A stretch of 64,000 nucleotides of DNA from assembly GCF_009914755.1 (NCBI RefSeq), contig NC_060930.1. One strand, given 5' to 3'. This DNA comes from the human T2T-CHM13v2.0 reference genome, Homo sapiens. The translations under genes and the position numbers were made by a program. Positions 15,808 to 44,669 of the stretch are shown in pieces. How positions within the stretch are numbered: the stretch's first letter is position 1; every line of letters begins with the position of its first letter. The notes beneath the pieces are model-generated. The model had not been told where the DNA came from and did not search any database. It worked only from the letters and a program-made list of their open reading frames with translations.

Positions 15808-16308
15808 GGCCGGGCACAGTGGCTCACGCCTGTAATCCCAGCACTTTGAGAGGCCGAGGCGGACGGATCATGAGATCAGGAGTTCGAGACCAGCCTGACC
15901 AACATGGTGAAACCCACTCTCTACTAAAAATACAAAAATTAGCCGGACGTGGTGGCGCGCGCCTCCATCTCAAAAAAAAAAAAAATTGGGGGATGGGGAG
16001 GTGTGGGTTGCGGGAGGTGTGGGTTGCAGTTGTGTTTTCAAAGCAATGTTTACTATCTGGCCGGGCGCAGTGGCTCATGCCTGTAATCCCAGTACTTTGG
16101 GAGACCGGGTGGATCATGAGGTCAGGAGTTCCAGACCAGCCTAACCAACATGGTGAAACCGCGTCTCTACTAAAAATACAAAAACTAGCCGGCTGTGGTG
16201 GCACGCGCCTGTAATCCCAGCTACTCAGGAGGCTGAGGCAGGAGAATCGCTTGAACCCGGGAGGCGGAGGTTGCAGTGAGACCGGATCGCTCTCCACTGG
16301 GCGACAGA
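15808..16308 (+). mobile_element. Two internally deleted AluSg-like elements (15808-15985, 16059-16308) bordering the promoter
   Basis: Alu motifs; first has the right arm largely deleted. Confidence 0.85.
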
Positions 16309-17869
16309 TTTGAATCTACGCTGTGCCCATCTTGCAGATGAAGATTTCCCCAAGCCGTTACAGATGGTTCCCTACCCATTCCAGAGCTGCTAATTATAAC
16401 CACCAGCTTCAGGCGGTAGGCTGAGACCTTTATTGTTTTGTGTCATTTAGTCATCAGTAAACCCCATGGAATAAAGCAAAGTATGTCTGCTCTACAAATG
16501 AGAAAATTGAGGCCCAGAGAGACTGCCCAAGGTCCCTCACAGTAAAAGAATGTCTGAGGATTCAAACCCATATCATTTTGATGCCACAAAGCCAGTGTGC
16601 CCTTGACCCTCCATCGCCCAGGACCTTAAAATTTCCTGACAGTGACTGGCATTCTCCCTGCGGGTTGTGAACAGGAAACTGCATTTCAGGGATGGACGGT
16701 GGCGGGAGCAGTCGCTCTCGGGAGCCTCTCCTTCCCCTGGCTGTGGGACCCTAGAGGCTGGTGTCTGCTGAGCTGGAAACTGGACTTCTGCCCAGATCTT
16801 TGAACGACCCCACCGTCCAGCGGCAGCTGTGGCTGGGGTCTATCCCAAAGTCCATTGCCCCTCTCTGGGTTAAAAGGATAGCCCACCTGGTTGCAGAGAT
16901 TGAAAGGACTAATTGTGAAAATGCTTTTCAAAGGAGAAAGTGTAATATGCAAATACCAAATATTACACTATATTTCAAGGACTCATTTTAATACTTTATA
17001 CTCTGTTAACTAAATGCATTATAATATTCCTTCCATTGTTGGAGGAAAAATCTGGTTGCTCATTGTCTTTCATTTCATGTCTTCAAAACTAGTATCTTAA
17101 TCAGTAATGCTTTCCTTCATAATAGATTGTGTTCATATGTATTCTCTCTTCCCTTCAAATTTCCTATCTACTCACTTTGAAAGGAAATTTCTGAAATTCA
17201 TTTCTATGCATTTCCCTCCTCACTTTTTTTCTGCACAAAGTTCAAAACTATATTATAGGTGAAAAAATAAAACCAAGAAATGAAGGGAAGGTTGAACTAT
17301 GAAATCAACATAGCATTGTGATCTCCCAACGCTGATATACCCAGAGTGAACAATTTGCCTTGCTACAGAAAATTAGTCACAGACTTGTTGCAGCTGAAGT
17401 GAGCAGGATCATGAAGTTCCTTTTGTTTGTTGAATATGTTATTAAGTCTTCCTCGGTTTTAATAATGTTGAACTGTTTTTTTATTACTCCTATTATGTTT
17501 TGCTGGGCATTTGTTTAAAGATAATACATCAGTTTTGTAACCTTGTAGCAATATAAGTTATTGATGATAAATACTCCCCTTCTTTCTTTCTGCAGGAATA
17601 ATATTTTCACTGCAGCTTTGGGGTCATGCCTAAAAGTGGCTTGAACCAAATTGAAATAGCAATTTGAAAAAACCCCAGATCAATCTAAAATGTTATTTTT
17701 TTAACCAAAGCATGTTCAAGATTTGAAAATGTATCCTCTATTTTCAAAAGTATACATATAATTTATCCTAGAACTTAATATTACTGAACATAGATAACCT
17801 CAGACCACCCAAATATTCTCCAAAGCAAATCTTAATCATACCTTTAATTAATTTAATCGCAATTTCTGA

Positions 17870-19460
<1,591 letters not shown>

Positions 19461-20174
19461 AGTTATCCTTATACTACATTTTTGACTTAAATTTATACAT
19501 ACCAAAGTATATTTCTGTAGCCATAATCAACATTATTTAATTATCTACTTGTGGAGTTAGCTGCAAAGAAACTGGAAGGAACCAAATTATGATTAAATAA
19601 GGGCACACAGTTACTTCCAGTCTTCTTCCCTTTCCCCCATGCTACAGTAGAACATAACCTTTACTGCCAAAGCCTAGAAAATTATCTTTAATGTTAAACC
19701 CGAGTTTTAATGTTATCTTTAATGTTATACCAGAGATTTTTTTCATTAAGAGGCTAAATCTCTTCTGATACAAAGTAACCAATCCTGCTTATGACAACAG
19801 TAACATCAACAAAGTAATGTTTGTACAACACTTATGATTTACAAAAATCTTCCAAAACATTATTCCAATTGAAATTTCAAATCATGACCCTATGTTGGAA
19901 CTTTGACTAGGTAAAAGGTATTAAATCATTGCAATCCTTTTATTTCCTGACCCACTAAGGCCCTTCAGACCCAACAAAACCACAATCTCCTATCTGGAGA
20001 GAATGTAAAGAGAGGTATGAGTTGGAAAAACAGCAAAACTAGTTTAAGGTCAACCATGAAAACAATCCTAAAAGAGGAATTGAGGGCTGTGGTTTTCCTT
20101 TGGTATTGGAAGCAGGTTTGTATTTTGACTTCTTTCTTTTTATGAGTATGTTGGACTTGTTAATTTTGTGGGGT

Positions 20175-20327
20175 TTTTGTTTGTTTTGTTTGTTGTTTGT
20201 TGTGGGGTTTTTTGGTAGACTGCCTCGCTGTGTTGCCCACGCTGGTCTTGAATTCTTGTACTCAAGCCATCCTCCTGCCTTGGCCTCCCAATTTGCTGGG
20301 ATTGCAGGCACAAGCACTGTACCCAAC
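20175..20327 (-). mobile_element. FLAM-like Alu monomer
   Basis: Left-monomer motifs, degenerate tail. Confidence 0.7.
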
Positions 20328-20457
20328 CTATTGTTCTTTTTCTATCCCTGCTTTTGTGATTATAAAGCTGAGAATTTTTTGCACTAAAGCCAGTTGTCAG
20401 AGATACATCAACAAACTCAGGTCATTCCTTTATGAATTAATTGTATACATTACCAGT

Positions 20458-20860
20458 TGCTATAGTTTGAATGTGTCCCCTCCAAAATTCAGGTGTTGAA
20501 ACTTAATTGCCAATGTCATAGTATTCAAAGGTGGGGCCTTTAAGAGATGATTAGGCCATGAGGCTCCTCCCTCATAAATGGGATTAAGGTCCTTATAAAA
20601 GAAACTTCATGAAGTGTTAGTGTTTGAGTGTCTTGCCCTTCTCCTCCTGCCATGAAGATACAGCAGTCCTCCCTTCTGGAAGATGCAGCAACAAGGCACC
20701 ATCTTGAAAACAGAGTCCATGCCCATCACTAGACACTGAACCTGCCAGTGCCTTGGTCTTGGACTTCCCAGCCTCCAGAACTGTGAGAAATACATTTTGG
20801 TTCTTTATAAATTATTCGGTGTCCAGTATTTTGGTATAGCAGCACAGACAGACTAAGACG
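20458..20860 (+). mobile_element. ERVL-MaLR solo LTR (MST family, MSTD-like)
   Basis: tgctatagtttgaatgtgtccc...ggacttcccagcctccagaactgtgagaaa...gactaagac. Confidence 0.8.
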
Positions 20861-21153
20861 CCTACATATGTAAAGTGCTTTAATGAAAAAATAATGATTG
20901 ACACTACACGTTATGCCATAAAATAGCACTTACTGAAATTTCCCACCCAGATCAAAATATAACTTGGGAGATTGGTCATAAATAAATAGAAGAATTCACT
21001 CTGGGAAATTTCAAAGGTATATATTTGAGTAAGAAGAAAGAAAACTCTCAGGATTAAAACAAGCTTCAGGGAAGATATCAATTATCTTGTGTCAATCATT
21101 TTGTTGAAAAACAAACACTGTGGGTCTTAAAGCTTATAAAATTAGAAGTCTCT

Positions 21154-21435
21154 GGCCCGGTGCGATGGCTCAGGCCTGTAATCCCAGCACTTTGGGAGGC
21201 CGAGGCGGGTGGATCACGAGGTCAGGAGATCGAGACCATCCTGGCTAACACGGTGAAACCCCTTCTCTACTAAAAATACAAAAAAAATTAGCCGGGCGTG
21301 GTGGCGGGCACCTATAGTCACAGCTACTCAGGAGGCCGAGGCAGGAGAATGGTGTGAACCTGGAACGCAGAACTTGCAGTGAGCTGAGATAGCACCACCG
21401 CAGTCTGGCCTGCACCAAAGCACGAGACTCCGTCT

Positions 21436-21469
<34 letters not shown>
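21154..21469 (+). mobile_element. AluY (Yk-like diagnostics) with long pure A-tail
   Basis: gagatcgagaccatcctggctaacacgg; gagatag..cagtctggcc. Confidence 0.85.
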
Positions 21470-21470
<1 letters not shown>

Positions 21471-21974
21471 CCACTTCATAGTCAGAGCAGTGGCATGAGC
21501 AGTGGCATGGACTGCTTGACTGACTATACTTATGGTTATTTCTTGATTATATGCTAAACAAAGTGTGGCTTATTCAGAGTTTTTTGGGATTGGGGTGGGG
21601 AGTTCCTAGAACTGAAGGTTCCTCCCCTTTTTAGACCATATAGAGTAACGTCCTGACATTGCCATTTCATTTGTAAATGGTCATGGCACAGGTGGGAGTG
21701 TCTTAGCATGCTAATGTATTATAATTAGCATATAATGAGTAGTGAGGACAACCGTAGGTCACTTTCATTGCCATCTTGGTTTTGTTGGGTTTGGCAGGCT
21801 TCTTTACCGCTCCTGTTTTATTATAGGGGTCTTTATCACCTGTATCTTGTCGACCTATCGCATCCCATGACTAAGAATGCCTCATCTCCTAGGAATGCAG
21901 CCCAGCAGGTCTCAGCCTCATTTTACTCAGCCCCTGTTCAAGATGGAGTCGCTTTGGTTTGAATGCCTCTGACA
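21470..21974 (-). mobile_element. MER41B-type ERV1 LTR (3' end missing) with GAS motif TTCCTAGAA at 21603-21611
   Basis: Ends caagatggagtcgctttggtttgaatgcctctgaca (reverse complement of the MER41 5' end); contains the segment absent from the 44670 copy. Confidence 0.85.
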
Positions 21975-22186
21975 TATTGATACGTTTCTATTTGACTAAA
22001 GCTCAGTCAAGAGAATCAAACCCTTAGCTTATAATTTTAGTATGTGATAAGTGGAAGAATTTTCAGAGTAGTTTCTGACTCAGTACATTTCAAACAACGT
22101 TTCTCCTCCACAGCCTACATACTTCAGGTGCCAGGCCCCATGGGATATATTCATAATGTGAATCAAGATGTATCACACTTTCATGT

Positions 22187-22491
22187 TGAGACAGCCAGGT
22201 GGGAGGGGGTACCTGGCAAAACTCCAACCAGCCTGCGCTGGGAATGTGCACTGGGGTGGAGCTACAGAAGCCTGGCCCCTCCTCTTCCTGTGTGGAATCT
22301 GGGATTCTAACGGGAGGTGGGAAACGCACCAGCAGGGACTCTGGCTTTGTGGAGGATCCCTGTTCCCCCCTTTTTTTCCTTTCAACCAATAAAACCCTGC
22401 TTTACTCACCCTTCAAACGGCCTGCAAGCCTAAACTTCTGTGGCTGTGGGACAAGTACCCTGTCTTTAGCTTAAGGAAAAGTCCTGCAACA
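22187..22491 (+). mobile_element. Solo ERV1 LTR, MER61-like
   Basis: tgagacagccaggtgggaggggg...cctgcaaca; AATAAA; 4-bp TSD atgt at 22183-22186 and 22492-22495. Confidence 0.8.
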
Positions 22492-22674
22492 ATGTTACAA
22501 AGCTAGTTCAGTTTGCCTTATGGGGAAAGGAGCATTCCTGGAAATGGCAACAACTATAAGTGAAAGTAACTGTAAACAACTTAAAGATAGCCCGGTAACT
22601 CCACAGGAATGTGTAGCTGGAGTCAGGATAGCATTCTCAGCTCTGAAGTCTAACACAAGATTAGCATAGACTTG

Positions 22675-22964
<290 letters not shown>

Positions 22965-23229
22965 TTAGCACAGACTCATCAGAGTATCTGCCCTAAAGCT
23001 GTCTGATAACTAGCCAAGAAGTTTCAGCATCAACGAGCACTTCTAGTCCACCAAAAGCATATTGGTAACATTAACGTGTGAGCACATCCCTGCCAACACT
23101 GACAAATCAGATAGGGGGAGGGAAACTTTGAACTACAGATTGACTTGTTTCAGCCCTCATTTTAATTTCTGATTCACCGGACAAGCTGGCAAAAGACCAT
23201 AGTGTTAAATAAATGAATAAACTTGCCCT

Positions 23230-23675
23230 ACAGGTTAAGTTGTTGTCTTGCGTTCATGGCTAGTGAGACAATGGGCAGAACTATATGCCTACAACCTTTA
23301 TGGCAACCAGTCCAGGGAGCCAACCCACAGCCTCCACAACAACTGGCCTAGAACATTAGGATGTGGTCAATGACTACCAGCTTCCCAATTTTTTGCCCCA
23401 CTTCCAAATCAGGATCAACCAGCCAAACACACATAAACTAATCACATAGGATGCCTTGCTTCTAGTTAGCCTGCCTCCAATTTCCCCATGCCAACAACCT
23501 GCAATCTAAGCATACCTGAAACCTTCCCTTTTTTCCATTCCAAAGCTTCCCCACTCCCCTGCCTGGCTCTGAGTCTCTGCCAAACACAAGGAACAGTGGC
23601 AGAATCCCTTGCTATAGCAAGCTCTGAATAAACAGCATCTGTTTGTTCTCATTGAGGTGGTCTTGCTTTATTTCT
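23230..23675 (+). mobile_element. ERVL LTR, MER54-like
   Basis: ccagcttcccaattttttgcccc..aatcacataggatgcc..ctctgaataaa resembles recalled MER54. Confidence 0.55.
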
Positions 23676-23889
23676 AGGTAGATAAATGCTAAACGAATTG
23701 CTCTTAACAGTTGTTAAGTATAGTATTACACACATATTAGTAGTTTTGCATAGATATCTTAATGTCCTGCCAAGTACCTGCATCTCCTGTCACTAAATCC
23801 CAGACGCTCAGGGGAAAAAAGGAGACAACAACCAACCAACCAAAGCTCACTGCTTGAATCTGAGTCAGGACCACAGCAGTAAAGAGCCT

Positions 23890-24348
<459 letters not shown>

Positions 24349-24667
24349 TCTCAAACTTATTTTTGACCATTATTCATAATAAATATATTTTACATTATGG
24401 CTCAGTGTGTTACTGAAAAAAATATCATGTGCAAACCACTGTGATTTTTTCTTATTCCATAAATTTATTTATATAAAATATAAATAAATGATACATATTA
24501 ACATATAAAATGCTTTATTAAATAAATAAGCAACTACAATCCAGAAATTTTCTGCAGGTGCATTGGGGAACTTGGTCATAAAATTTAGCTAAGATCACCT
24601 TAGCGTGTTCTTGAACATTCTTTGTATTATCAGGTGGAAAGCTTTTCATTTAAGAAACTCCTCTGGG

Positions 24668-24947
24668 GCAGTAGTTCTCAGATTTAGCAGCCTGACAATC
24701 ACCTGAAAGGCTTGTTAAAACACAAATTGTTAGGCCCCAAGCCAGAGTTTCTGATTCAGGCCCTCAGGGTCAAGTTTTTTTTTGTTTTTTTTTAATCAGT
24801 GTTGACCAGGTTGGCCTCGAACGTGTAGCCTCGCCTCCCCGAGTGCCAGGGCAACCGGCCTGAGCCACGGCGGCTCCCAAGTTTCATATTTCTACCAAGT
24901 TCCCAGGTGATACTCCTGCTCCTGGTCTGGAAACCACACTGCTCTAG
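24668..24947. mobile_element. MER5A-type DNA transposon interrupted by the snaR-like retrocopy
   Basis: cagtagttctca..cttgttaaaacaca..ttctgattca / caagttcccaggtgata..accacact. Confidence 0.75.
24778..24877 (-). ncRNA. snaR-family (CAS/ASR-like) Alu-monomer-derived Pol III small RNA retrocopy
   Basis: Minus strand GGAGCCGCCGTGGCTCAGGCCGGTTGCCCTGGCACTCGGGGAGGCGAGGCTACACGTTCGAGGCCAACCTGGTCAACACTGATT + A-tail; A box TGGCTCAGGCCGG; B box GTTCGAGGC; TSD caagttt at 24771-24777 and 24878-24884. Confidence 0.75.
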
Positions 24948-25619
24948 GGAATCATTTCTGTGAATCAAATAATCCTTTGCACAGTGAATAATCACTTCCT
25001 AACTTATTTGTTGGTCATATGTCAAGTTCACCGAAACAAAGTATATTGCACTGGCTGGATATGTGTGAATGTAATTTTTTTGAATGTACATGAGGTCAAA
25101 AGTGAGGACTTCAAGGAGGCAGCCTGCTTCCTGGTTCCTTCCTCCAAGCTATTCTGGTGCTCCTTTTCAGAACTATTTAATCATTCATTCATTCATTTAT
25201 TTAAATATTGAGACTATGTGCCAAGAGCCATGCTAAGTTCTAGAATACAGTCAGCCTGAGCATTTGAAAAGAAAACATTGCCCTTAAGAAAGCTGTAGAA
25301 TCATGCTGAGACCATTTTTGTCCTTTTAAAACCATTTAGTTTTTGGTAGTGAGGATCAGGTGCTCTTCCAGAGACAGGAAGATGACAAAAGCAGGCAACT
25401 GCTGGCGAGTTTTCAGGCTACTAATCCACTGGTCTTTGAAAACGGTATTTCCCAAGCCTCCCTGTGAGAAGGAGCAGAGCACCTGGGTGGTTGATAAATG
25501 ACAGCTGTCAGGCCGTTGGTAATCCTGATGCACCGAGCTGGGTATGAGGCCTGGTAGTTATGGTTTTAGCAAGTACTTCAGATAAGTCTTACCAAAAGAG
25601 TGTGGGAAACACTGTTTTA

Positions 25620-27778
<2,159 letters not shown>

Positions 27779-28489
27779 TAGCTTTCTAACCCTGCTTGGC
27801 AGGCTGCAGAAAATCCAACTTTATGCAGAAGTTGTGCAAATAACCTGGGGAGCTCTCTTGCGTTCCCGTATTGGACTTTCTCATTGCTCTCTGCAGGCTC
27901 AGACCACAACAGAACCCAGAGAGGCATTACCCTTGCCATCACCACCAAGGTTGCCAATGCCTGAATACTGGAGCCTTTGCATCTTAATGGTTGAAATCCA
28001 TGTCATTGCTCTTGCAAAATGAACGTACCTGAGTATTACCTACGTTATTTGTCTAGAATTTGGTGACGGCAGTAGCGTATATTCTCTGAAACTGGGGTGG
28101 AAGTAGTGGTGTCAGGAGAGACGTCCACAGAAAGGAATCTTGAGCATCAACAGGTCTCAGAACCTTCACCTCACACACACAGGCATTTTCTCCCCAGAGT
28201 ACACAAATGGAGTGGAAGTTCCTGTGTAGACATCCATTCTATCCAGAGCGGCTCACTAACCACTCTCTGATGGTAAAGTCTTGTTGCTGATAACATGAAC
28301 ATTTGCTGAGGACTTATATCAGCTATCCTCAACTATCCCTATGAAGTAGGAACTATAACTGCATCGATTTTCCACATGAGAGAAAGAAGGTTTAGAAAGA
28401 CCAAGAAATAGGCCCAGGGTCACGCATATAGTAAGCAGTAGAGGTGGGTTTTGAATAAAGTCATTCTGACTCCAGGACAAACATGTTCA

Positions 28490-29227
<738 letters not shown>

Positions 29228-29757
29228 GCATGTTCAGCTTTGTGTCCACTCACTATTCTATTCCCTGCACCAGATTCCTCATACTGACCATTTCATTCTC
29301 CAAACATCTAGCTTCCACTTGGGGCCCCTAGTCAATCAGATATGTCTGTATATGTCTTAATCCTAATCGTGGACAGTGTTCAAGTATTTTATTCAGAGGG
29401 CTCCTTAATTCTGTTGCAAATCAGTGAATGCAAATAGCTACAAGGTAAAGGGGGTTACCAGCCTCCACTCTCCAGGAATATCTGAGTCTCAGTCTGATCT
29501 TCAAAGCCCTTTACAAAGTTGCTCCATCATTATCATCTTAATCCCATAACTGGGTGACTTTGATAGGCTGGAACTAAGTTTTCTGGATTTTATAGGCAAA
29601 TTCTATGACTATATCATTCATATAATAGAAGGGGGTAAGGAGGACAAAAAAGGAAGAAAAAACTGAATTTCAGGTTCATTTGCTCAGGCTCTCAGTTCCT
29701 GCAGAACATGAGTTCCAACAGTAGTGATGAGGGCAGCCCAGGGTGCTTCAGATGCAG

Positions 29758-30374
29758 TGTAACCAGCTCAAGTCCTGCTGCTCGCCGCTCAGAGGTCAAA
29801 AGCACGAGAAGCGAGGTGTGGTGAAAGGAAAGCAACTTTATTCAAATGCTAGAAGTTGGGGAATAGCCAGGCTCATGCCTTTAAAAGACCATTCCCAACT
29901 TTAGGCTAGGGAGAGGGACTTAAAAAGGGGAACTTGGAATGGGAAGTATGCAGGAGTGGTGCTGAGTTCAAGGTCTGTGTCTCTTGTTTCCCTGGTGACT
30001 GTCAGGGTGATCTGATGTCATCTGAACGATGGCCGGGTTGTAGACTAACAGCCTTGAGGTAATCTCTGGCATTTTGCAGCTGGGCCTCCATGTCTGGTTT
30101 ATCTCAAGATTAGACCCTGGAACTTCTAAGTAAGCACATAATTAGATCCAAGTACAATTAGATAAATGTGCATGGTGTAAGGGAGTGTATGGTAAGAAAG
30201 GGAGAGACGCGGTGTTTCAAATAAAGTACATTTCAAGGCTACGTCCTAATACTAAGGAGGAAAAAAGGGTTTCTGCAGTAGGCTTCAAGGTTACATCTTG
30301 AGACTGGAGAGAAAAGAGAAAAAGGGGGGAAAAAGTTTTGAAATGCATTTTGAAGCTGAGCTATTCAGTTCCCA
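29758..30374 (-). mobile_element. Solo ERV1-class LTR (subfamily not assigned)
   Basis: tgtaacc...ttccca termini; minus-strand AATAAA near 29837; LTR-like composition. Confidence 0.6.
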
Positions 30375-30671
30375 TAGGGTCCCATCTCCAATAGATGAAC
30401 CTAAGAAATAAGTGAGCAAGAGAACTGCGGGGCTGTCATTTATATGGTGTTACAGCTGCTGTGACCCATCCCTCACCTGCAGGTATCAGATGAAGGGTCC
30501 TAAATTGGAATCAGGCAGAGAGAGAATAAGAGAAAGAGAAGGGATTGAAGTACACCCAAAAATCCTTTATATATTAACAGGCATGTGAATCTTTAAGATG
30601 CAGTACAGGATGTGAGGTTTACCAAACTATTTGACCACTGCCTCCCTTTTTTTTTTTTTTTAACAGAATAA

Positions 30672-33862
<3,191 letters not shown>

Positions 33863-34262
33863 GAAATATTCAACAAAATCCACTTTGTTGAATATTTATG
33901 TTAATACTCAATGTTAAAAAATGCAAATGTCACCTCCTAAAGGCCTTTCAGGCCTCTTCATCTAAAACAGTGCCCTCCTTCTGCCATCACTTTCCAGTTC
34001 CTTGCCCTGGTTTATTTTTCTGAGTAACACTTTATGATATAAAGTAACTACTTTATATCATATTTGCTTAAAATCTCCATGAAGACAGAGATTTTGTCTG
34101 TCTTGTTTACCTCTCTATTCAGGATAGTAGATACTCAATAAATATTTATTGATTGAATGAAGTTAGTTATCATAATTGCTATTGTTATTATTACCTAATG
34201 TCCCTTCCTCACTTTGCCTTCGACTGTCTTGTATCATCGAGGGCATTAGAAATATTCTCTCT

Positions 34263-36226
<1,964 letters not shown>

Positions 36227-36894
36227 CTTTTCTCTTTTTTTGCACTTTGCTTCTGAAGACGTGTTAGAGAGTAGGTGTTCAATTAAATCAAACACTCTCA
36301 ATAGGGTAATAGAAGACTTTGTCCTTGTTGACGAATACTGGTATCTATGCTTTCCATTTGCTAAAATTGCTCTGAGTTTCCAGGGAGAGTTGCAGTGTGG
36401 TCAAGCCTACAGAATGCTAATACTGCTAATTTTTCTGTTAGGTTGAAACAAAGAGAATTTCAGTTTATAGTTTACAGCTCAAATATATTTGATGGCATAA
36501 CAAAACCCCTTGAAATATGGCTGGTACTTCATTGTAGAAGATGATTAACCTGTCTTGTTTCATTTTGTTTTGTTTGACGATACCTTTACCAGAAAAAAGC
36601 CTCATAAAACACTTTAAAAAACAAACAAACATTGTACCTGGAGAGTGTGGGGAATGTCCAGTATTTAAGAGAAGTTATGAACAATAAATAATATTTTTGG
36701 ACTTCTGCTATGTATTAGGCAATATTATCTTAAGACAGACAAATTATTTAGCCCATATATATAGATTAGGCAATTAAGGAGCAGTGAGATTCATAGTTTG
36801 CCAAGGTTACATGAGCTGAGATTGGAACCAGGCCTATTTGGGTAAATGTAAGCACTTCCCTGCACTATAATTAATTGTTGATCTTATTCTAACA

Positions 36895-39014
<2,120 letters not shown>

Positions 39015-39499
39015 AGCATGTCTTCCCTGATGTAGGAAGAGAAGCATGTTTTTTAGAGCCAGAAAAACCTGTTGAATGACAAGGACAGATGATACAAATT
39101 CTCCTGGACTCCTAATGCGATTTAAAATCAGGAATGATAATTTCTAATTCATCAGATTGCTGGGAGGTATCAGTGAAATGCCGCATGTAAAGCTCCTCGC
39201 ACAGTGTCTGGCATAGGTGAGCACTCAGGAGTGTTATTGTCCCTCTTCCTCACCACCACACTAAGATTCTCCATGATGGGAATGCTGAGAACAAGCAATC
39301 TGCTGCTAGGATGGGGCTGCACCTGGTCAGACCGACCCGAAATCTGGTCTAGGAAACCTGAGGGAAAACAGATTTGTTTGGAAATTCCTATTTTCAGGTC
39401 TCTCACCGGAAGTCACAAGTGATGAAAATACATCATTCTTGTCCTTGAAGTTGTTGGACCCTAAGAGGGCAGATGGTACAAACAGTAAGTTAGCAGCGG

Positions 39500-42785
<3,286 letters not shown>

Positions 42786-43454
42786 TTTTTGAAGCTTCTT
42801 AATGTCATTCTTGATTATTCTGTTCCTCATTTTCTTTGCCTTTGTGACTCTCCTGTATATTATGAGCAGAGTCCTGTGCTCCCCCATGCCACGTGGACAG
42901 CGCCTGGGGAGAGTGACCTCCCAGGATATCCACACTGGAAGGTTTTGTCGTGTTCTTAAAGAGTTTTGGACTTGCAGGATTCTCGCCAACCAGGATCATG
43001 CTCAGGTTTGTTGCCTGAGGCCACCCACTCTTCCACCTCCTGCCGCACTTTCTGCTTGATCTGCTGGGCTAGTTTCCTTCCAGAAATGACAACAGCTTCA
43101 TTTTGAACTGCCGCGAGGTGGAAGGGAGCAGCTATGTGCAGGCTGCAGCAGCCAGGCAGCCAACACGGACATGAGGGAAGTCGCAGCCATAGCCCGCGCC
43201 GGTGACCACGACGGGCCAGGTCACACTTTAATCAACAGCAATCACCAGAAAATTCAGTTATGAACTCAGTAGAATTCAGCACTTGCCAAAAATTCTTCAG
43301 ACATATGTTGTTTAAGAGTTACCATGTAAGGACTAATTAGCCATTATTCTTTTCAGTTCTCTACTTTCCATTTCTATTTCCTGTCAGTGCAGTAGAAAGT
43401 CATGGTGGCCGATGTAGGACTGTCTATGGGCAAATTAGAAAAAAGTGTCCCTCG

Positions 43455-44307
<853 letters not shown>

Positions 44308-44669
44308 TACCAGACATTTTTCATGATAAATATTCAAATCTACAATGTAAATAGCATCCCTCAGATTTACATAGGTGCCCTGGGTCAATGAAACCACCAA
44401 TAATAAGAAAAGTAAAATATAGACATAGATTATTAAATTGTAAAAAAATTAAGGTGAACTCATCATATATAAAGGAAATATCTTCCCAGCTCTGTCATTG
44501 AAAGTGACCCCCCTGTGGCACTCCTCTTACCTTCCCACCAACATTTTTATGCACTCCTAACACCCAGATTTTGTTCTCTAAAAGTATTCTCCATTAAACA
44601 GAACCAAGGTGTCTTCCATAAAAGAACTCTACACCTGTTTGGTATATCCTATTATTTGCAGGAAACAAA

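Noticed and set aside
22225-22255. p53 site in MER61-like LTR
   Set aside because: CWWG cores are broken (agcctgcgc / gggaatgtgc)
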